Positions 48,948 through 61,329 of a DNA stretch of 64,000 bases are shown here, in pieces. The position numbers and the translations under genes are program-made. The DNA is from Octopus sinensis (taxonomy: Eukaryota), in the NCBI RefSeq assembly GCF_006345805.1, contig NC_043001.1:25544001-25608000 (forward strand). Direction: 5' to 3'. The first letter of the stretch is position 1; every line of letters starts with the position of its first letter. The notes below the pieces were generated by a model, which saw only the letters and a list, made by a program, of their open reading frames with translations, did not search any database and was not told the origin of the DNA.

Positions 48948-51168
48948 ATTGTTGTATTTCGGGATGGTCATTTTTTATGCCATATTTTTTTCTTCACTCA
49001 TTTATTGCTGTTCTTATTTTATTATTTTAATTCATGTCCTTTGTCCGGAAATCTTTTGTCACACATCTGCAACCTCTTTAGTGACACTTTTCGTTTTCAT
49101 GTGTGTTCTTGCTCCACTTACTCCATTCTGTTCTTCCAACATGTGTATCTTTATGAGCGCATATGTTTGTGTCCTGTTTGTGCATGTGTGTGTGTATGTG
49201 TATATGCTTGTGTGTGTCATAGTTTTTAGCAGCAGTGTGGCTTTCCTCTCAACCCCATCCTCTCACCCCATTGTGCTGCTACTGTCCTAAGACCTGAAAG
49301 AAAAAATATGGTACAGTTCCTGTTTTCCTCTGTGTATATCTGTTCACCTAGAGTATTCCCATTGTGGTTGTTGTTGTCATCATTGGCACTGCTGACTGTG
49401 TTAGTTATATTGTTGACATTGTTATGACTGTCCATGAAGTTTCATGTGTGTGCGTATGGGTTCGCTCCTTATATATCCATGCCCTTTATATAGTTTTATT
49501 TATTTATTTTATCTATCTCTGTCTTACATTTATCCAGGTGTGTGACAGATATATTTATTTATTTAGTTACTTACTCGTTTTTATGCATCTGTCTCTATTT
49601 CTCATATATATCATAGGTAAATGCACATATGTCTATTGTGTATGTATTACTCTGTATGTTTCTGTGTATTATTTACAATTTTTTTCTCTTTTCTTTCATT
49701 TTCCCTCTCTCTCTCTTCTCATCCCTACTGTCTTTAGTCATGTGGTGTGATGTGATGGTGGATGTTGCTGTCCATTCTTGTTTTCTGTTGAGGCTCAGTC
49801 TATCTACTGTTATGCATGTAGCCTCTGTAATCTGTCTAAGTGTTGTACCAGTTCTATGTGTAGATAGTATTTTAACCACTATACTATTAATTGAGCCTCC
49901 ATGTTCTGCCTGAGCATGTTGGTAGAACATTGACAAGCTTTTCTCTTCTTTGAGCTCTCACCAATGTTCATCTATACATTCTCCTATGTTGCATGCAGTC
50001 TTTCCAATGTAGGTATTTATCATGTTTCTGCACCGTCCCTCAGTACATCGTAAGCTATATTGGTGAGCATATAGGTGAACATTAGTGAGAGCTCAAAGAA
50101 GGGAAAAGCTCATCAGGCTCAATTAATAGCATAGAGGTTAAAATACTATCGACACAGAACTGACACGACACTTAGACAGATTACAGAGGCTACACACATA
50201 ACAGTAGACAGGCTGAGCCTCAATTGAAAGCAAGAATGGAACAGTAACAACCACCACCACACCACAACACATGACTAAAGACAGTAGGGATGAGGAGAGA
50301 GAGAGGAAAAGGAAAGGAAAGAAAAGAAAAAACCGTAAATGATACACAGAAACATACAAGGTAATTTACACACAACAGACATGTATGCATTTACCTGTGA
50401 TACTTATGAGAAATAGAGATAGAGGTATAAAAAAAGTAAATATATAAATATATCTGTCATATACCTGTGATAAATGTAAGACAGAGATAGATAAAATAAA
50501 TAAATAAAACTATATAAAGGGCATGGATACATAAGAAGCAAACCCATACACATACACATGAAACTTCATGGATGGCCATAACAATGCCAACAACACAACT
50601 AACAAGGTCAGCAGCAGTGACGGTGCCAACAATGACAATAACAACAATAACATCTACCACAATGGGAACACAGAGGAATACAGAAACTCTACTATATTTG
50701 TCTTTTTTTTTTTTGGTCTTAGGATAGCAGCAACACAATGGAGAGAATGGGGCTGAGGAGAAGGCCACACTGCTGCTAAAAACTGTGACACACACATGTG
50801 CACACACACATGAGCACACACACACGCATGCATGCTCACACACACACAGATGCGTGCGTGCACACACACTCAAGGACACAAACGCATGTGCACATAATGA
50901 TACACATGTTAGAAGAACAGAATGGAGTAAATGGAGCAAGAACACACATGAAAATGAAAAGTGTCACTGAAGGGGTCACAGATGTGTGATGAAAGATTTC
51001 CAGACAATGGACATGAGTTGAAATAATAAAATGAGAGCAGCAATAAATGAGTGAAGAAAAATATATATAGTGCGTGTGTTTATTTGGCAAAAAAACAAAT
51101 GACCATCCTGAAATACAACAATATCTGTTTCAACACATGATTTTACATCAGGAATCTTGCAAAACAAA
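48948..51168. mobile_element. Penelope-like element remnant arranged as a ~2.2 kb inverted repeat (head-to-head 5'-truncated copies plus 3' tail)
   Basis: 48948-~49985 is the diverged reverse complement of ~50056-51122. A GIY-YIG remnant lies at the centre, hammerhead-like motifs lie near both outer ends, and an unpaired tail of about 45 nt extends on the right. Confidence 0.8.
49772..50061 (-). pseudogene. Decayed GIY-YIG endonuclease domain of a Penelope-like retroelement
   Basis: The minus strand gives NIAY..CTEGRCRNMINTYIGKTACNIGECIDEHW*...VKILSTHRTGTTLRQITEATCITVDRLSLNRKQEW. This matches the xIY..C..C..YIGxT....xxEH..EAxxI..LNRxxE layout, with frameshifts and stops. Confidence 0.75.
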
Positions 51169-51216
51169 TTGATAAATAAATGTATGTATGTGTGTGTGTG
51201 TATGTGTATATATATA

Positions 51217-51396
51217 GGCGCAGGAGTGGCTGTGTGGTAATTAGCTTGCTTACCAACCACATGGTTCCGGGTTCAGTCCCACTGCGTGGCATCTTGGGCA
51301 AGTGTCTTCTACTATAGCCTCGGGCCGACCAAAGCCTTGTGAGTGGATTTGGTAGACGGAAACTGAAAGAAGCCCGTCGTATATATGTATATATAT

Positions 51397-51446
<50 letters not shown>

Positions 51447-51671
51447 ATATGCTTGTGTGTGTTTGTGTGTCTGTGTTTGTCCCCCTAGCATTGTTTGACA
51501 ACTGATGCTGGTGTGTTTATGTCGCCGTTACTTAGCGGTTCGGCAAAAGACACCGATAGAATAAGTACTGGGCTTACAAAGAATAAGTCCCGGGGTCAAG
51601 CTGCTCGATTAAAAGGCGGTGCTCCAGCATGGCCGCAGTCAAATGACTGAAACAAGTAAAAGAGAAAGAGA
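51217..51671 (+). mobile_element. SINE family B with long (TA)n
   Basis: Full head, body and tail. Confidence 0.88.
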
Positions 51672-51919
51672 ATATATATATATATATATATATACACATC
51701 TAATATAGGATAAAATCCTTCAAAAAAACTTTATCAATGGCCAGCATATTAAAAAATACCTTTAAAGGTTAAATTCACAAACAACTTATAAACAAGGGCA
51801 AAAGAAAAAATTTCTATTGCCAACTATGGTTATGGACAATGTGTCTAGTTTCAGCATATTTGGCATTAGAAATTTTTTTCTTTTGCCCTTGTTTATTAGT
51901 TATATATATATATATATAT

Positions 51920-52230
51920 CACTGTGATCACCGTGACCGACCAGGCTATCAGATGCTGCTACACATCACTGGTCACAATGCGTTTCACATTGTTTTAGCC
52001 TTCAAATGACGCCACCCCGCTGGCTAAGCGAGCAGGCCAACAGAAGAAAGAGTGAGAGAAAGTTGTGGCGAAAGAGTACAGCAGGAGTTGCCACCACCTC
52101 CTGCCAGAGCCGCGTGGAGCTTTAGGTGTTTTTGCTCAATAAACACTCACAACGCCCGGTCTGGGAATTGAAACCGCGATCCTACAACCGTGAGTCCACT
52201 GCCCTAACCACTGGGCCATTGCGCCTCCAC
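51920..52230 (-). mobile_element. tRNA-derived SINE family D
   Basis: The minus-strand head is GTGGAGGCGCAATGGCCCAGTGGTTAGGGCAG...GGTTTCAATTCCC, the core is CACCTAAAGCTCCACGCGGCTC, and the tail ends in (TA)n. Confidence 0.8.
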
Positions 52231-52290
52231 ACATATATATATATATATATATATGTGTGTGGTGTGTGTGTGTGTGTGTGTGTACACACA

Positions 52291-52555
52291 CATCATCATC
52301 ATCATCATCGTTTAGCGTCCGTTTTCCATGCTAGCATGGGTTGGACGGGTCAAGTGGGGTCTGTGAAGCTGGAAGGCTTCGTCAGGCCCAGTCAGATCTG
52401 GCAGTGTTTCTACGGCTGGATGCCCTTCCTAACGCCAACCACTCCGCGAGTGTAGTGGGTGTTTTTTACGTGCCACTTGCACAGGTGCCAGACAGAGCTG
52501 GCGAACGGCTACGAACGGATGGTGCTTTTATGTGTCACCGGCACGGGGCCAGGCG
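52291..52555 (-). mobile_element. LINE family 2 short 3' end copy
   Basis: Family tail complement. Similar short copies lie at about 1955-2075(+), 15600-15714(+), 28050-28323(+), 30862-31140(-), 41119-41215(-), 54505-54742(+), 62480-62630(+) and 63616-64000(-). Confidence 0.82.
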
Positions 52556-52598
52556 ATATATATATACATACATATATATATATATGTGTGTGTGTGTA

Positions 52599-52650
<52 letters not shown>

Positions 52651-52662
52651 TACATATATATA
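52556..52662 (+). repeat. (TA)n/(TG)n microsatellite
   Basis: Direct reading. Others lie at 2560-2610, 16510-16640, 51380-51450 and 53060-53165. Confidence 0.95.
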
Positions 52663-53099
52663 ACACGTTAAGTTGATATCACATTACAAAGTTTAATATT
52701 TCAATTATGTATGGGTGACAGATTATATATCGTGTTGGATAACATAGAGGAGAGCATTGATACTGTTGTAGCAGGATGCAAACTTATGTTGCCACATTAT
52801 GGGTTTCAAGTCACACTATAGCAACAGCTTAATCATGTGTGCAGCCAAGTTATTGTTCAATCAGAAGCCAAACATCACATGTAAGATGGTTCTGGAAGGC
52901 TCTAGAACATTTCCCTACAAGACCTATAACTAGATCCTGTTGGGCACCAAACTTCAGTATGTCCTTGGTCAAATTACAAAATATAAATTCTTTCATAGTT
53001 GTTGTAATTACCGCATGCTTAACTAATATGTGATTGTAGCTGAAAACATGAAATAGCACATGTATATATATATATATGAAATATGTATATATGTATATG

Positions 53100-53163
<64 letters not shown>

Positions 53164-53164
<1 letters not shown>

Positions 53165-53690
53165 CATCATCATCATCATCATCATCGTTTAACGTCCGTT
53201 TTCCATGCTAGCATGGGTTGGACGGTTCAACTGGGGTCTGGGAAGCCAGGAGGCTGTGCCAGGCCCAGTCTGATCTGGCAGTGTTTCTACAACTGGATGC
53301 CCTTCCTAACGCCAACCACTCCGAGAGTGTAGTGGGTGCTTTTTATGTGCCACCTGCACAGGTGCCAGACAAGGCTGGCAGCGGCCACAATCGGATGGTG
53401 TTTTTTACGTGCCACCGGCACGAAGGCCAGTCGGGGCGGCGCTGGCAACGGCCACATTCGGACGGTTCTCTTATGTGCCACCGGCACTGGTATCTCAGCT
53501 ACAATTTCCATTGATGTTGAAAGATTTCGATTCTGATTTTCACTTGCCTCAACAGGTCTTCACAAGTAGGGTTTGTGTCACAAGAAGGAACGGTATGCAT
53601 AAGTGGGCTGGCTACGTCCAGGTAGAGGCCACGGGTTATGGTCTCACTTGTCCTGCCGGGTCTTCCCACGCACAGCATACTTCCTTGTGT
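53164..53690 (-). mobile_element. RTE-like LINE family 2, 3'UTR fragment
   Basis: (CAT)n-CGTTTAACGTCCGTTTTCCATGCTAGCATGGGTTGGACGG, the reverse complement of the family tail. Confidence 0.85.
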
Positions 53691-55144
53691 TTAATCCAGT
53701 CCTAGTGTTAAATTTTGATATCCAGCTACTTTGCATGTTGTATTATATTTCTTTCATCATGCTGACTCTAAATGTATATTTGTAATCCATGACCAACTTC
53801 ATATGTCTTGTGTGATGATAATAAATCATGTTTAAATGTTTGCTTGGTGCTGTTAAATTATTATATGCAGCCTTCTGCAAACCAACCAACAACTCATTTC
53901 AACAACATTGGTACAACATCCAAGCAACAACTATTGGATGAGAGGGAGTGAAAGTAGTTACCTTTCTGACAGTTACTGAGCAAACAGTTCCACTATAGGT
54001 GACTCATATTTACATGTGTTCTGAAATTAAAACTAGGTCAATAACAATGGAAATGAATGGGTTTCTCTGAAGTGAATTTAGTTGCACCTACATATGCAAA
54101 TTTGAAAGATGGTACACATAAATTCTGCATGCAAGTCTGGGGAACAATGGAGAGAAGCATGCAAAAGTATTCAGACTGAAGTTTCAATTCTTGCTTGAGA
54201 ATTCAGTCTCTATCTCTCTCTTTCTTACAGATGTATAAATTTCTTACAGAAGAACACTGCCACACATCTCTAAAGCAGAGGTATAGTTGACATAATTTAT
54301 AGGAGTACAAAATTAATCCTTTAGCATTTAAATTGACCATATCTGGCCCTAATGTTCAACCTGTTTCATGATCAAACTGACTAGATTTGGCCTCTCACAC
54401 TTGCTCTAAAATGTCATATTAAAAATAAACAATTACATCACTGAAATTTCAAAGCTATGAGATAATGCATGATTAATTCAAAACAATGTGAATAAATAAG
54501 CATTGCTGGTGGCATGTGTAAAAAGATTAAAATGAGGTCATTGTCAGTACCGCCTAACTGGCCCCCGTGCCGGTGGTACGTAAAAAGCACCCACTACCCT
54601 CTCGGAGTGGTTGGCATTAGGAAGGGCATCCAGCAGTAGAAACTCTGCCAGATCAAGATTGGAGCCTGGTGCAGCCAGCCCTCAGTCAAATTCGTCCAAC
54701 CCATGCTAGCATGGAAAGCAGACGTTAAACGATGATGATGATATAGTTGACTGAGTGACCTGAATCCTAAAGGATTAATAAATATTTTATCATTTTGAAC
54801 TCATAATGTAAAGAACAATAACTAAAAGCTGCAAAACATTGTGCCTAACACTCTAACAAATCTGCCAGTCCAGCTCCTAGAGGAATTGAAATTTGAGAGT
54901 TAGCGAGATGAAACTATTATAAATGCACCATCCATCACTAACACTTTAGAAAATCCTCTTTCTAACCACAGATCTCAACCTTTAACAGTCATGAACCAAC
55001 ATCATCACCATTTAACTTCTGTTTTCCATGCTGACATTGGTTGGACAGTTTGATGAAGCCAATACGCTGCTGGCAGGGCTGGACCCATCGAAGCCTTTTA
55101 ATCACTTAAAAGATTTTGGTGCCCCTATAAAAGATTTGGGTAGT

Positions 55145-56160
55145 GGGTAGCGAACTTCTTCACTACTTCAGGGAGTGATGATCCTGACACGAGTCCCGGG
55201 CTCAGCTGGCTCCGGCTGACAGTACCCGGTATGGGCCCCTATCAAGGGTTACGGAAAGGAGACAACCTTCAAAGAAATCCGGAGTGGAGCCCTTAAAGTG
55301 GTTTAATGTTCAACTCAGCACCCTTCCAGCAGCTCCTGCAACCAAGCTGGTGCCAAATGTAATGCTCTGCAACTCCTTTGGACTACATCAGCAAGGTCGA
55401 GAAAGGAATCCTGACGATTGGGCTACCAGGATTTTCTTATTTCTAGCCCAAGCCTGCGCAAAACTGGAGAGGACACTTCAGTGCTGCTGTAAAAAGTGGC
55501 AGAAAAAGCATGGGAGGTAGCAGTCACGAGTGATAAGTCCATTCAGATTGGTGTTAGATATGGGCACTACGGGTTACCTCTGACGGTGGGAGGGACCTCC
55601 ATGTCCCATTGGTTAGCTACTGCCCACCTCAAGCTGGGCAGCCCCCAGTTAATAAGATGCTGACCCGCCACAGGCCGCCTGCTTCATTGGGTGCTTGGAG
55701 CTAAGAGTTTGACTGGAAGATGGCAGAATCCCCAAGGACATACTCTATGGAGAGCTTGCTAGGAGCACTAGGTCTGTGGGAAAACTGTTCTTACGATACA
55801 AGGGTGTTTGCATAAGGGACATGAAGGCCTGCAACATCAATATTAACAACTGGGAAGCAGTTGCCAGCAACCGTGGAGATTGGCGACGTACCATAAAAGA
55901 GGGAACACAAAGGAGTGACAGAGAGAGAGAGGAGAAATGGAAAGACAAGAAAAGACGTCAACAAGAAACTATGACATTACAACCAGTCAGACAAAGTCTT
56001 CGCTACATTTGCGGCACCTGCCAGAGGGAGTGTTTGTCCAGGATAGGACTACACAGTCACAGCAGGAGATGTATTAGGACATAAAATGTAAAAGCCAGAC
56101 TAGATTATTTTATACGCAACTCCATAGTCTCCCGAGACAAAAAGGATGCCAACAAATAAA
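55145..56160 (+). mobile_element. Internally deleted RTE element (5'-like segment joined to the ORF C-terminus and tail)
   Basis: A GC-rich non-coding segment (55145-55700) abuts LEDGRIPKDILYGELA...CGTCQRECLSRIGLHSHSRRC and the tail CCATAGTCTCCCGAGACAAAAAGGATGCC. Confidence 0.65.
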
Positions 56161-56269
56161 AGATTATGTAATTCAAAATATAAACAATAACAAATCCAAA
56201 AAGAAAATTTTATTTTTCAAAACGATACAAAACAGTAAGAGGGAAAATAATGTTTATTTTTGTATACTT

Positions 56270-56390
56270 CCACTTTATTTATATTTGAAAAGTTTCCTCC
56301 TACTTTTTTGAATTGCAAAGTCTTTGATCGGATCCTCAAAATTAATCTTATGTAACACATCTGCATCTATACTTAGTAGAGATAAAGGCA
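56270..56390 (-). mobile_element. hAT transposase C-terminal dimerisation-domain remnant
   Basis: The minus strand reads SLLSIDADVLHKINFEDPIKDFAIQKSRRK, which fits the SLLSIE..F...I..FA..K.R pattern. Confidence 0.6.
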
Positions 56391-56679
56391 TCCTGAATAT
56401 TATTTTAGCAAGTTGAAACTGATTTCTTTTGTGCCATAAACCATTTACCATTTCTGTAGTGCCCCCCTCTTTCCCTCGATGCCCTAAGCACGTGCTTATT
56501 TTCGTTAATGGTTAATCCAGCACTTGCTGGGCCATGTCAAGCTCCAATGTCATCTTTGGCATTGTTACTTTGCCTGGATGCCATTCCACTTTACAACCAC
56601 TTTACAGAGTGTACAGGGCCATTGGCACTCATGAAATTGCAATATAACTTGTAAGACCATTCCGGCAAACCACTAATCC

Positions 56680-57062
56680 TCTGTGTGGTTTAGAAGCTTG
56701 CTTTGCAACCATGTGGTTCAGTTCCACTTAACTGGGTCTAGTGTCTTATACTATAGCTCAAAGTCAACCAATGCCATGTGAAAAAACTGTGCAGGAACCT
56801 ATTGTATGTGTGTGTGTGAGTGTGTATGTGAATGCATGCACATGTGCAAGTTGTTTGTGCCCCACACACACACACACACTTGACAACTATTGTCAGTTTG
56901 TTTTTATCTTTGTAACCTGCTGGTTTAGCAAGAGATAGGGGGAATAAGCATTAGACTTTAAAAAACAAGTACTGAGATTGATTTATTCAAGTAACTTCTT
57001 CAAGGCAGTGCCCCAGCATGGCCACAGTCGAGTGATTGAAACAAGTAAAAGATAAAAGATAA
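56680..57062 (+). mobile_element. Old diverged SINE family B relative
   Basis: The same module order is recognisable despite divergence. Confidence 0.65.
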
Positions 57063-57229
57063 GAAATGAAAAAACAATTTTCTAAAAACTTTATACATTA
57101 AAATCTGATACATTTCTTGGTATTTCTCAGCCAGTTTCTGTATAGTTGCATTAAGTGTTGTATAGCAGCCCTTCTGCTTAGAGGTGATCGCTGTGGTTCC
57201 TAAATGCTGCATCACAGATTTTTAATTTA

Positions 57230-57745
57230 ATCATCATCATCTTTTAACGTCCGTTTTCCATGCTGGCATGGGTTGGATGGTTTGACTGAGGGCTGGCATG
57301 CCAGGAGGCTGTACCAGGCTCCAATCTGATCTGGCAAGGTTTCTACAGCTGGATGCCCTTCCTAATGCCAACTACACAGAGTGTAGTGGGTAATTTTTAC
57401 ATGCCACCGGCACGGGAGACAGTAAGGTAATACTGGCATCGACCATGCTCGAATGGTGCTTTTTATGTGCCACCGGCATGGGTACCAGTCAGGCGGTACT
57501 GGCATTGGCCACAACAATGATATCACTTGAATCAACAGGTCTTCTCAAGCACAGTATATTGCCCAGTGATTGAATGGTATTCTTAAATAGGCTGGTTATG
57601 CAACACTGGCATAGGCCACAGCTACAGTCTCGCTTGGCTTGCTGGGTCTTCTCAAGCAAGGCCATGCCTACAATCTCACTTGGCTTGCTGGGTCTTCTCA
57701 AGCAAGGCCACAGCTATGGTCTCACTAGTCCACGGCTATGGTGTC
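57230..57745 (-). mobile_element. RTE-like LINE family 2, 3'UTR fragment with a ~43-bp internal duplication
   Basis: Family tail complement. CTTGGCTTGCTGGGTCTTCTCAAGCAAGGCCA occurs twice (about 57632 and 57678). Confidence 0.8.
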
Positions 57746-57769
57746 AGGCTTTAGAAAATCCATGCAGTC

Positions 57770-58094
57770 TGTAACGGCACAAGCAGCCAGCGCCATATTG
57801 GATAAGATTTTGCGGCAGCCATTGCCATCTCCGAGATTGGAGCGAGACCTCACCAACATCCATTTGCCATGCACAAGATCACGAGGCTTGCGATGGAGAA
57901 AACTATATAAAGGGAAAACCCTCTTCAAATTTCTCTTCTTCAGCACCATTACACAGCAGCACTGGCTGTGGTTTTCTGCCTGTCTATCTCCAGAGGCAAT
58001 GTGCCCACACTATCAAAGCTTAAGATGGTAGCTGAGAGCAGCACACTTCACCTTTCATGTAAATAAACCATTTGTAAATAGCAGTTGTACATGA
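57770..58094 (+). mobile_element. Putative short solo LTR
   Basis: It starts TGTAAC and contains CTATATAA (57903-57910) and AATAAA (58063-58068). It ends near GTTGTACA(TGA), and AGTC lies on both sides. Confidence 0.55.
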
Positions 58095-58386
58095 AGTCTT
58101 TTCTCTTCGCCTGCCAAAAGCCTGAAATACATAAAGAACAAGAAGAATGATGGAAGGAGATGATATTCCTCCGATATCATAAACCTTGCCTTCCATTACT
58201 AAAAGTCCCTTCCCAGTCTTTACAGATGTTGACTACATACCTCCCTCTCATCCATTTCCCCTATCTCTTCCCCCTATACACTTTCGCAAACACCTACCTG
58301 TTACTGCGCTTCCTATCAGAGGTATCAGAAGGGCATCTCATCACTGCTATCTATCCCTTTGGAGATAACATGAATTCATTCTCACT

Positions 58387-58692
58387 CTGTGGAGGCACAT
58401 GGCCTAGTGGTTAGAGCAGCAGACTTGCGGTCGAGGGATCACCAGTTCGAATCTCAGACTGGGCAATGTGTGTGTTTATGAGCGAAACACCTAAGCTCCA
58501 CGCGGCTCCTGCAGAAGGTAATGGCAAACTTCTGCTGACTCTTTTGCCACAACTTTCTGTCACTCTTTCCTCCTGTATCTTGCAGCTCACCTGCGATGGA
58601 CTGGCGTCCCGTCCAGGTGGGGAACCTTTACGCCAAGGAAACTGGGAAACCGGCCCTTATGAGCCAGGCATGGCTCGAGAAGGAACAAACAA
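58387..58692 (+). mobile_element. tRNA-derived SINE with family D head/core and a different 3' module
   Basis: GTGGAGGCACATGGCCTAGTGGTTAGAGCAG...AGTTCGAATCTC, then CACCTAAGCTCCACGCGGCTC, then CCTGCGATGGACTGGCGTCCCGTCCAGG...GAAACCGG. Confidence 0.8.
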
Positions 58693-59372
58693 CATTCTCA
58701 CTCTCCCTCCTAAATGTGAGAAGCCATGTATCTCCGCCAGAAGAACCTGCTCTACCCCAACTTCTTCCTTCATACTTTAATCTCCATCTAACAAAAGGAA
58801 CTCAGCATCCTGCCATCTCAGGTTTGTAGACTTGCAAGTTGTATAGTGACTTTATTAGTGATGGTAGCATGAAAAAGAAAAAACACCTACAACACACTGT
58901 AAAGTGTTTGGCATTAGGAAAGGCATCCAACAATAAGAATCATGCAAAACTAAGCACTGGAGAGCAATGCATTTCTTGGACTCATTAGGTCCTTGTCAAA
59001 AATTCCAACCCATGCCAGCATGGAACATGGACATTAAACGATGATGATGTCTGGGTATTTTGGAATTCATGTCATTCATAATTTTGTTACTTACAAATAT
59101 AATTGATAAACAAGATAAACAATAGTGTTGTTTGTTTGTTTGTTTTTAATTTGGTTACTCCTAGTATAGTGTCTGAAATAAGAAAATATCGAAATGGCAA
59201 AATGGTATCTGATTTTTCCCTTGTACATGCATAACTACATGTACGTGGTTGCATGAAAATGTGTGACTATCACTATTAAGCAATATCATTACACGTGTCT
59301 TGTATCGATACTTCTTTGTAAATAAAGTCACGGGTAAAATATTTTAATGTCACATTCTATACGTTCATCTTT

Positions 59373-59706
59373 TTATAAAAGCGTTCCGACTGTGGTCACT
59401 CCATCTTTTTAAAGCATTCTAAATCAATTCTTTTAAAAATATGTACCAAAAATGACCGTGCGGTCTTTTAAAACTATTTTATTCCTACGTTCCAAATATG
59501 CCCATCCCGACCCAAATAGCTCTTATATCTACGTCCTAAGAGAATAGGATCGATAAAAGTCCACTATACCCGGAAAATAAAAGATGGGTTGGTCGCAGAA
59601 GCGATGTGGGATATTTGGCTAAAGACAGATAGAAGGAAAAAAATGAGAGGGTCACGTTTAGAACACTTAAAAAGATACGATTATCACAATCGGAACGCTT
59701 TTATAT
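59373..59706. mobile_element. MITE-like inverted-repeat element
   Basis: TATAAAAGCGTTCCGACTGTG pairs with CACAATCGGAACGCTTTTATA. Confidence 0.6.
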
Positions 59707-61329
59707 ATTTTAGCGCAACCAAGCCTGAGCAAATGAATCGAATGCTTTAATCTCCATTTTTGAAAAATTGTCTCTTCTAAGCACCAAAAACGACCGTGTT
59801 CCCCAGATTACTAATAAATAAAAAATTTTTTTAAAAACTTATCACACGAAGTGCACCAGTCAATTTTTTAAAAAAATTCAGTATGTTACGAAATAACGAA
59901 CATATATATGCTTGCCCTCTTCAGCATTTAACATTTTTTATTAAATATTTCGAAAGCCCAAGATTCTATCCATTCATTCCTCAAAACCGGTGTCGATCTC
60001 ACCGGAAGCTTATTCTTACTTTAAATGTTCGTAAGCTTTTTGTTTATATTACTGGAGCACTTTATTACCCACCATGTTCCGAGTTGGAAATTTTAGAAAC
60101 TTACCTTATTTTTGTTTACAATTTTATAGAAAACAAGGTGATAGACTTTACAATATTTTTTTACTAATTTGGTAGAAAAGTTTATTGACTAATTCAGTGC
60201 TATTTTGCATCGATGCTGTCTCCAATTTGTTTAACCTTTTCTCTATTAAGCAATATCATTACACGTGTCTTGTATCGATACTTTGTTTTCAGTGTTGTAC
60301 GAAAGTGAAAGTGTTTCAGGTGCTTTCCAGCTCATGAGCTGGAAGACGATGTCAAAGCCGTGACCGATAAATAAAGTCACTGGTCAAAAAGGTCACAATT
60401 TTTGGCTAAGAAAAAAAGTCCCAAATTAATTTATGGTGACGTAATAAAGTCACAGGGGGAAAAAATCACAATTTTGTATAGGAAAGAAAGTCTGGTAATC
60501 AAACAAAAATATTCAAGTCAGACACAATTTATTAAAGTAATAAAACAATATTTTAAACCAGTCATTAACTGGCAATACCTGACTTGTACTTATTGACAAT
60601 ATACTATTTATATATTTGATGGTATTACATGTGACTTTTTTCCCTGTGACCTCTGGATTCGTCAAAGCGACCAAGCCCCTAATTTTGCAGAAAAGTAAAG
60701 CAATAATGTCATGCATTTGCTAATAACGGTACTCTTCTATTAACCTTCGATGCATTTGGGTAGTTAATAATTATGCTTTATGAATATATTTTATATATGT
60801 TGTATTGTTGGATCCCGTCTCAGTTATGATAATGCCATGCATGATGCTTTATAGGTGTTTTTCTCAACCATTTTTTTTACCTTTGGACCCCTTTAATTCC
60901 TATTTTACTCAGCCATTAAAATATTTTTGTATTGTAAAAGTTAAACCAATTTATCGCACATAAATTTTAACAGCAAAATCTTATATGGACTTAGATTGAG
61001 AACCACTGATTTATATTACCAGTACTCTCCTGTCCACTGACAAATATCAGACACCCTTAAAATAATAAGAATATTAGTGAAACTTTCACCTTTTTACGAT
61101 AAAACTAAAAGCGTTTGCCTCTATTTAACTCTTCTTTTTTCATCATGATGCTGGACGAGTTTTAAAAAGTTAAAAACCACCAAATGTTATTAAATATGGC
61201 CTTATTAATCCCCTTTCTGATCTTTACAGCCCACTTCACCCATGAAAAACACTGGTCTAAAATGTTTTTGTATATAGCAGAAAGCCTGTCCAAAATGTGG
61301 AAGCAGTATTCCATTCAAAGCCTTGTTTG

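Noticed and set aside
52140-52230. tRNA gene candidates (also 58387-58465 and the SINE A/B heads)
   Set aside because: A and B boxes are present but there is no complete cloverleaf, and each continues into a SINE body and tail.
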